From the human T2T-CHM13v2.0 reference genome, Homo sapiens: DNA of 64,000 nt. The DNA lies in assembly GCF_009914755.1 (NCBI RefSeq), contig NC_060948.1. One strand, given 5' to 3'. Made by a program: the position numbers and the translations under genes. The notes under the pieces were generated by a model, which saw only the letters and a list, made by a program, of their open reading frames with translations, had not been told where the DNA came from and ran no database searches. Within the stretch, counting starts at the first letter, position 1; each line of letters begins with the position of its first letter. Positions 58,930 through 64,000 of this stretch are shown here, in pieces.

Positions 58930-58953
58930 TTCTTTCTCTCTTTTCTTTCTTTC
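58679..58953 (+). repeat. Compound STR matching the rapidly mutating Y-STR DYS547 motif
   Basis: (CCTT)12 T (CTTC)5 N54 (TTTC)10 TATC (TTTC)5 N10 (CCTT)4 TCTC (TTTC)8 N14 (TTTC)3. Confidence 0.85.
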
Positions 58954-58962
58954 TTTTCTTTC

Positions 58963-59106
58963 TTTTTTTTTGAGACACGTTTATGCTCTGTCACTCAGGC
59001 TGGAGTGTAATGGCACAATTGTGAACCACTATAGCCTACACCTCCTGGCCTCTATCAATATCACTGCTTCACCCTCCCAAAGCACTAGGATTCCTGGCAT
59101 GTAACC
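58963..59106 (-). mobile_element. Old Alu monomer (FRAM-like); its tail became the CT-rich STR
   Basis: Single arm; acatttttt duplicated on both sides of monomer plus tail. Confidence 0.75.
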
Positions 59107-59139
59107 TATACCACATTTTTTCTTTTGTTTCTCTTTGTA

Positions 59140-60567
59140 TCAAACTCTTATTTTAGGTTGAAGGGTTATATGTGTCAGTTTGTTACATGGGTAAATTGCC
59201 CAGTGTGGGGGTTTTGTGTATAGATAATTTTGTCACCTAGATTAGCAGCATAAGACACTACGGGAAATTCTTGAATCCTCACTGTCTTCCCACTCTACAC
59301 CCTCAAGTGGTCTATTTTCCCTGTCTTTGTGTCCATGTGTACTCCATGTTCAGCTCCTACTTATAAGTGAGAACATGCAGTATTCGGTTTTCTGTTCCAG
59401 CATTAATTGACTTAAGAAAATAGCTTCCAGCTCCATTCATATTGCTGCAAAGGACATGGTCTCATTCTCATTTATGACTGCACACTATTTCATGGGTATA
59501 TATATCACATTTTCCTTATCCAGTCCACTGTTCATTGGCATCGAGGCTAATTCCATATCTTTGCTATTGTAAATAATGCTGCAAGGAAAATGTCCATGCA
59601 TGTGTCTTTATCGTAGAATAATGTATTCTCCTTTGGTTACATATGGAGTAATGGTATTCCTGGGTCAAAGGGTAGTTCTATTTGGTTCTTTGAGGAATCT
59701 TCTGACTTCCTTCTTTAGTGGGTGAATTAAGGAAATAATGAGAAGAATTTACCTTCCCATTAGTGGTGCATGAGAATTCCCTTTCCTCTATAATATCAAC
59801 AGCATCTGTTATTTTTTTATTTTGTAACAATAGCCATCCTAACTGGTGTGAGATGATATCTCTCATTGTGGTTTTGATTTGCATTTTCCTAATGATTAGT
59901 CCTGTTGAGCATTTTTTAATAAGCTTGTTGGCTGTATGTATTTCTTCTTTTAAGAAGAGTCCACTCTTGTCCTCTGTATATATTTAATGGAGTTGTTTGC
60001 TTTTTGCTTGTTGATTTGCTTGTTTCTTTTTTTAAAGGCTAGTCAAATAGATTTTGAATATTAGACCTTTGTTGGATGCCTAGTCTGAAAATATTTCATC
60101 TCATTCTGTAGGTTAACTGCTTATTCTTTTGCTGTGGAGAAACTATTTAGTTTAATTAGGTCCAACTTGTCAACTTTTGTTTTGTTTCCATTGCCTTTAA
60201 GGTCTTCATCACTAATTCTTTGACAGGACTGAAATCTAGAATGGTATTTTCTATTTTCTTCTAGCATACTTATAGTTTTCAGTTTTAAAATTAAGTCATT
60301 AATCCATATTGAGTTGATTTTTTATATATGGTGAAAGGTAGGTTTCCAATTTCATTCTTCTACATATGGCTAGCCAGATTTCCCAGCTAGGGATTTCTTT
60401 CCCCATTGCTTCTTATTGTCAGCTTAGTTGAATATCACTTGGTTGTAGGTGTGTAGCTTTTTTTCTGGGTTCTCTATCCTGCTCCATTGGTTATATGTCC
60501 TCTTTGTTCCAGTAGCATTGTCATTGACAGTTTGATAGAAATAGCATCAAATCTGTAAATTGCTTTT
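59140..60567 (-). mobile_element. L1PA15/16-like 3' part
   Basis: tttgttacatgggtaaattg..gataattttgtcacc; ORF2 C-terminal remnants. Confidence 0.8.
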
Positions 60568-61594
60568 GGCATGATGGCTGAATGGGAACAGCTCCAGTCT
60601 ACAGCTCCCAGTGTGAGTGACACAGAAGACGGGTGATTTCTGCATTTCCAACTGAGGTACCATGTTCATCTCACTGGGGCTTGTCAGACAGTGGGTGCAG
60701 GACAGTGGGGACAGTGGGTGCAGCCCACTGAGTGTGAGTTGAAGCAGGGCCAGGCATTGCCTCACCCAGGAAGTGCAAGGGATCAGGGAATTCACTTTCC
60801 TAGCCAAGGGAACCTGTGACAGAGGGCACATGGAAAATTGGGTCACTCCCATGCTAATGCTGCACTTTTCCAGTTGTCTTAGCAAATGGCACACCAGGAG
60901 ATTATATCCTGCACCTGGCTCAGAGGGTGCCACACCCACGGAGCCTCACTCATTGCTAGCAGAGCTTTCTGAGATCAAACTGCAAGGCAGCAGTGAGGCT
61001 GAGGGAGGGGTGCCTGCTGTTGCTGTGGCTTCAGTAGGCAAACTAAGCGGCCAGGAAGCTCCAACTGGGTGGAGCCCACCACAGCTCAAGGAGGCCAGAC
61101 TGCCTCTGTAGACTCCAGCTCTGGGGGCATGGCATAGCTGAACAAAAGGCAGCAGAAACCTCTGCAGACTTAAATGTCCCTGTCTGAAAGCTTTGAAGAG
61201 AATAGTGGTTCTCCCAGTATGGAGTTCAAGATCTGAGAATGGACAGACTGCCTCCTCAAGTGGGTCCCTGAACCCCAAGTAGCCTAACTGGGAGGCACCC
61301 CCCAGTAGGGGCAGACTGACACCCCACATGGCCAGGTACCCCTCTGAGATGAAGCTTCCAGAGGAATCATCAGGCAGCAACATTTGCTGTTCAGCAATAT
61401 TCGCTGTTCTGCAGCCTCCACTGCTGATACCCAGGAAAACAGGGTCTGGAGTGGACCTCCAGCAAATTCCAACAGACCTGCAGCTGAGGGTCCTGACTGT
61501 TAGAAGGAAAACTAACAAACAGAAAGGACATCCACACCAAAATCCCATCTATACATCATCATCACAAAGACAAAAGGTTGATAAAACTACAACG

Positions 61595-62613
61595 ATGGGG
61601 AAAACACAGAGCAGAAAAGTTGAAAATTCTAAAAATCAGAGTGCCTCTTCTCCCCCAAAGGAGAACAGCACCTCACCAGCAATGGAACAAAGCTGGATGG
61701 AGAATGACCTTGATGAGTTGAAAGAAGAAGGATTAAGACCATCAAACTTCTCTGAGCTAAAGGAGGAAGTTTGAACCCATCACAAAGAAGCTAAAAACCT
61801 TGAAAAAAGATTAGACAGATGGCTAACTAGAATAACCAGTGTAGAGAAGTCCTTAAATGACCTGATGGAGCTGAAAACCATGGCACAAGAACTATGTGAT
61901 GAACGCACAAGCTTCAGTAGCCAATTTGGTCAACTGGAAGAAAGGCAATCAGTGATTGAAGATCAAATGAATGAAATGAACCAAGAAGAGAAGTTTAGAG
62001 AAAAAAGAGTAAAAAGAAATGAACAAAACCTCCAAGAAATAGGGGACTATGTGAAAAGACCAAATCTACATCTGATTGGTGTACCTGAAAATGATGGGGA
62101 GAATGAAACCAAGTTGGAAAACACTCTGCAGGACATTACACAGGAGAACTCCCCCAACCTAGCAAGGCAGGTCAACATTCAAATTCAGGAAATACAGAGA
62201 ACACCACAAAGATACTCCTCGAGAAGAGCAACTCCAAAACACATATAATCATCAGATTCACCAAAGTTGAAATGAAGGAAAAAATGCTAAGGGCAGCCAG
62301 AGAGAAAGCTCGGATTACCCACAAAGGGAAGGCCATCAGACTAACAACTGATCTCTCAGCAGAAACTCTACTAGCCAGAAGAGAGTGGGGGCAAATGTTC
62401 AACATTCTTAAAGAAAAGAATTTTCAACCCAGAATTTCTTATCCAGCCAAACTAAGCTTCATAAGTGAAGGAGAAATAAAATACTTTACAGAGAAGCAAA
62501 TGCTGAGAGATTTTGTCACCACCAGGCCTGCCCTAAAAGAGCTCCTGAAGGAAGCAATGAACATGGAAAGGAAAAACCGGTACCAGACACTGAAAACACA
62601 TGCCAAATTATAA
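61595..62613 (+). pseudogene. Disrupted L1 ORF1
   Basis: MGKTQSRKVENSKNQ.. to ..HAKL*; premature TGA at 61772 and a frameshift near 62245. Confidence 0.92.
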
Positions 62614-62673
62614 AGACCATTGATGCTAGGAAGAAACAGCATCAACTAATGGGCAAAATAACCAGCTAACATC

Positions 62674-64000
62674 ATGACAGATCAAATTCACACATAACAA
62701 TATTAACCTTAAATGTAAATGGGCTAAGTGCTCCAATTAAAAGACACAGACTGGCAAATTGGATAAAGAGTCAAGAGCCATCAGTGTGCTGTATTCAGGA
62801 GACCCATCTTACGAGTTGAGACACACATAGGCTTAAAATAAAGGGATGGAGGAAGACCTACCAAGCAAATGGAAAACAACAAAAAGGCAGGGGTTGCAAT
62901 TCTATTCTCTGATTAAACAGACTTTAAACCAACAAAGATCAAAAGAGACAAAGAAGGCCATTACATAATGGTAAATGGATCAATTCAAAGAGTAGAGCTA
63001 TCATAAGTATATATGCACCCAATACAGGAGCACCCAGATTCATAAAGCAAGTCCTTAGAGACCTACAAAGAGACTTAGACTCCCACACAATAATAATGGG
63101 AGAGTTTAACACCTCACTGTTAACATTAGACAGATTGATGAGACAGAAAGTTAAAAAGGATATCCAGGAATTGAACTCAGCTCTGCACCAACTGGACCTA
63201 ATAGACATCTACAGAACTCTCCACCATAAATCAACAGAATATACATTCTTCTCAGCACCACATCACACTTATTCCAAAATTGACCACATAGTTGGAAGCA
63301 AAGCACTCCTCAGCAAATGTAAAATAACAGAAATTATAACAAACTGTCTCTCAGACCACAGTGCAATCAAACTAGAACTCTGGACTAAGAAACTCACTCA
63401 AAACTGCTCAAATACTTGGAAACTGAACAACCTGCTCCTGACTGACTACTGGGTACATAACGAAATGAAGGAAGAAATAACAATGTTCTTTGAAACAGAT
63501 GAGAACAAAGACACAAAATGCCAGAATCTCTGGGACACATTTAAAGCGGTGTGCAGAGGGAAATTTATAGCGCTAAATTCCCACAAGAGAAAGCAGAAAA
63601 GATCTAAAATTGACACACTAACATCACAATTAAAAGAACTAGAGAAGCAAGAGCGAACACATTCAAAAGCTAGCATAAGGCAAGAAATACCTAAGATCAG
63701 AGCAGAACTGAAGGAGATAGAGACACAAAAACAAACTTTCAAAAAAAATCAATGTATCCAGGAGCTGGTTTTTTGAAAAGATCAACAAAATTGATAGACC
63801 TCTAGCAAGACTAATAAAGAAGAAAATAGAGAAGAGTCAAATAGATGCAATAAAAATGATAAAGGAGATATCACCACTGATACCACAGAAATACAAACTA
63901 CAACCAGATAAAACTATAAACACCTTTCCACATCCACAAATAAACTAGAAAATCTAGAAGAAATGGATAAATTCTTGGACACATACACCCTATCAAGACT
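62674..64000 (+). pseudogene. Disrupted L1 ORF2 N-terminus (endonuclease)
   Basis: Frameshift just after the ATG; 226-aa piece 63096-63776 with GEFNT, YSKIDH and SDHSAI. Confidence 0.92.

Larger units (their letters stand above)
58070..59125 (-). mobile_element. L1PB4/L1MA-like 3' end hosting two simple-repeat tracts and an Alu monomer
   Basis: ttgctacatggatatatt..gtctgggcttt; gtttcacttaagataatgacctc; ataccacatttt. Confidence 0.7.
60568..64000 (+). mobile_element. LINE-1 with complete 5' end (L1PA4-6-like), continuing beyond the window
   Basis: gatggctgaatgggaacagctccagtctacagctccc 5'UTR start, followed by ORF1 and the ORF2 EN domain. Confidence 0.95.

Noticed and set aside
58257-59010. ORFs of 73-169 aa rich in F/L/S or K/E/R
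   Set aside because: Stop-free translations of simple repeats

Overview
This is primate, almost certainly human, gene-poor, AT-rich genomic DNA made largely of transposable-element relics. The compound tetranucleotide repeat at 58679-58953 matches, block by block, the motif I recall for the rapidly mutating Y-STR DYS547, so the window is probably from human chrY (Yq11.22); this placement is inference and needs a BLAT check. Contents: four large L1PA copies (one full-length, one nearly so, one cut by the window edge, one 5'-truncated), several older L1 3' ends, about 20 Alus including a pristine AluYa5, solo LTRs (MER41B, MLT1, MLT2, LTR2, MSTA/THE1, an ERVL-type LTR), MIR/L2, MER3, MER5A, MADE1 and simple repeats. 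I can support no intact protein-coding gene, RNA gene or CRISPR array. The ORF track is explained by dead L1 frames, Alu/LTR read-through, low-complexity DNA and chance. I found no convincing new biological system. The most unusual signals are structural: a recurring set of short, locally templated and fold-back insertions, an Alu with its arms in reversed order, an AluYa5 with an odd tail, and a MER41B whose STAT1 sites are remodelled. Repeat subfamily names come from recalled consensus sequences, and boundaries of old elements are approximate.
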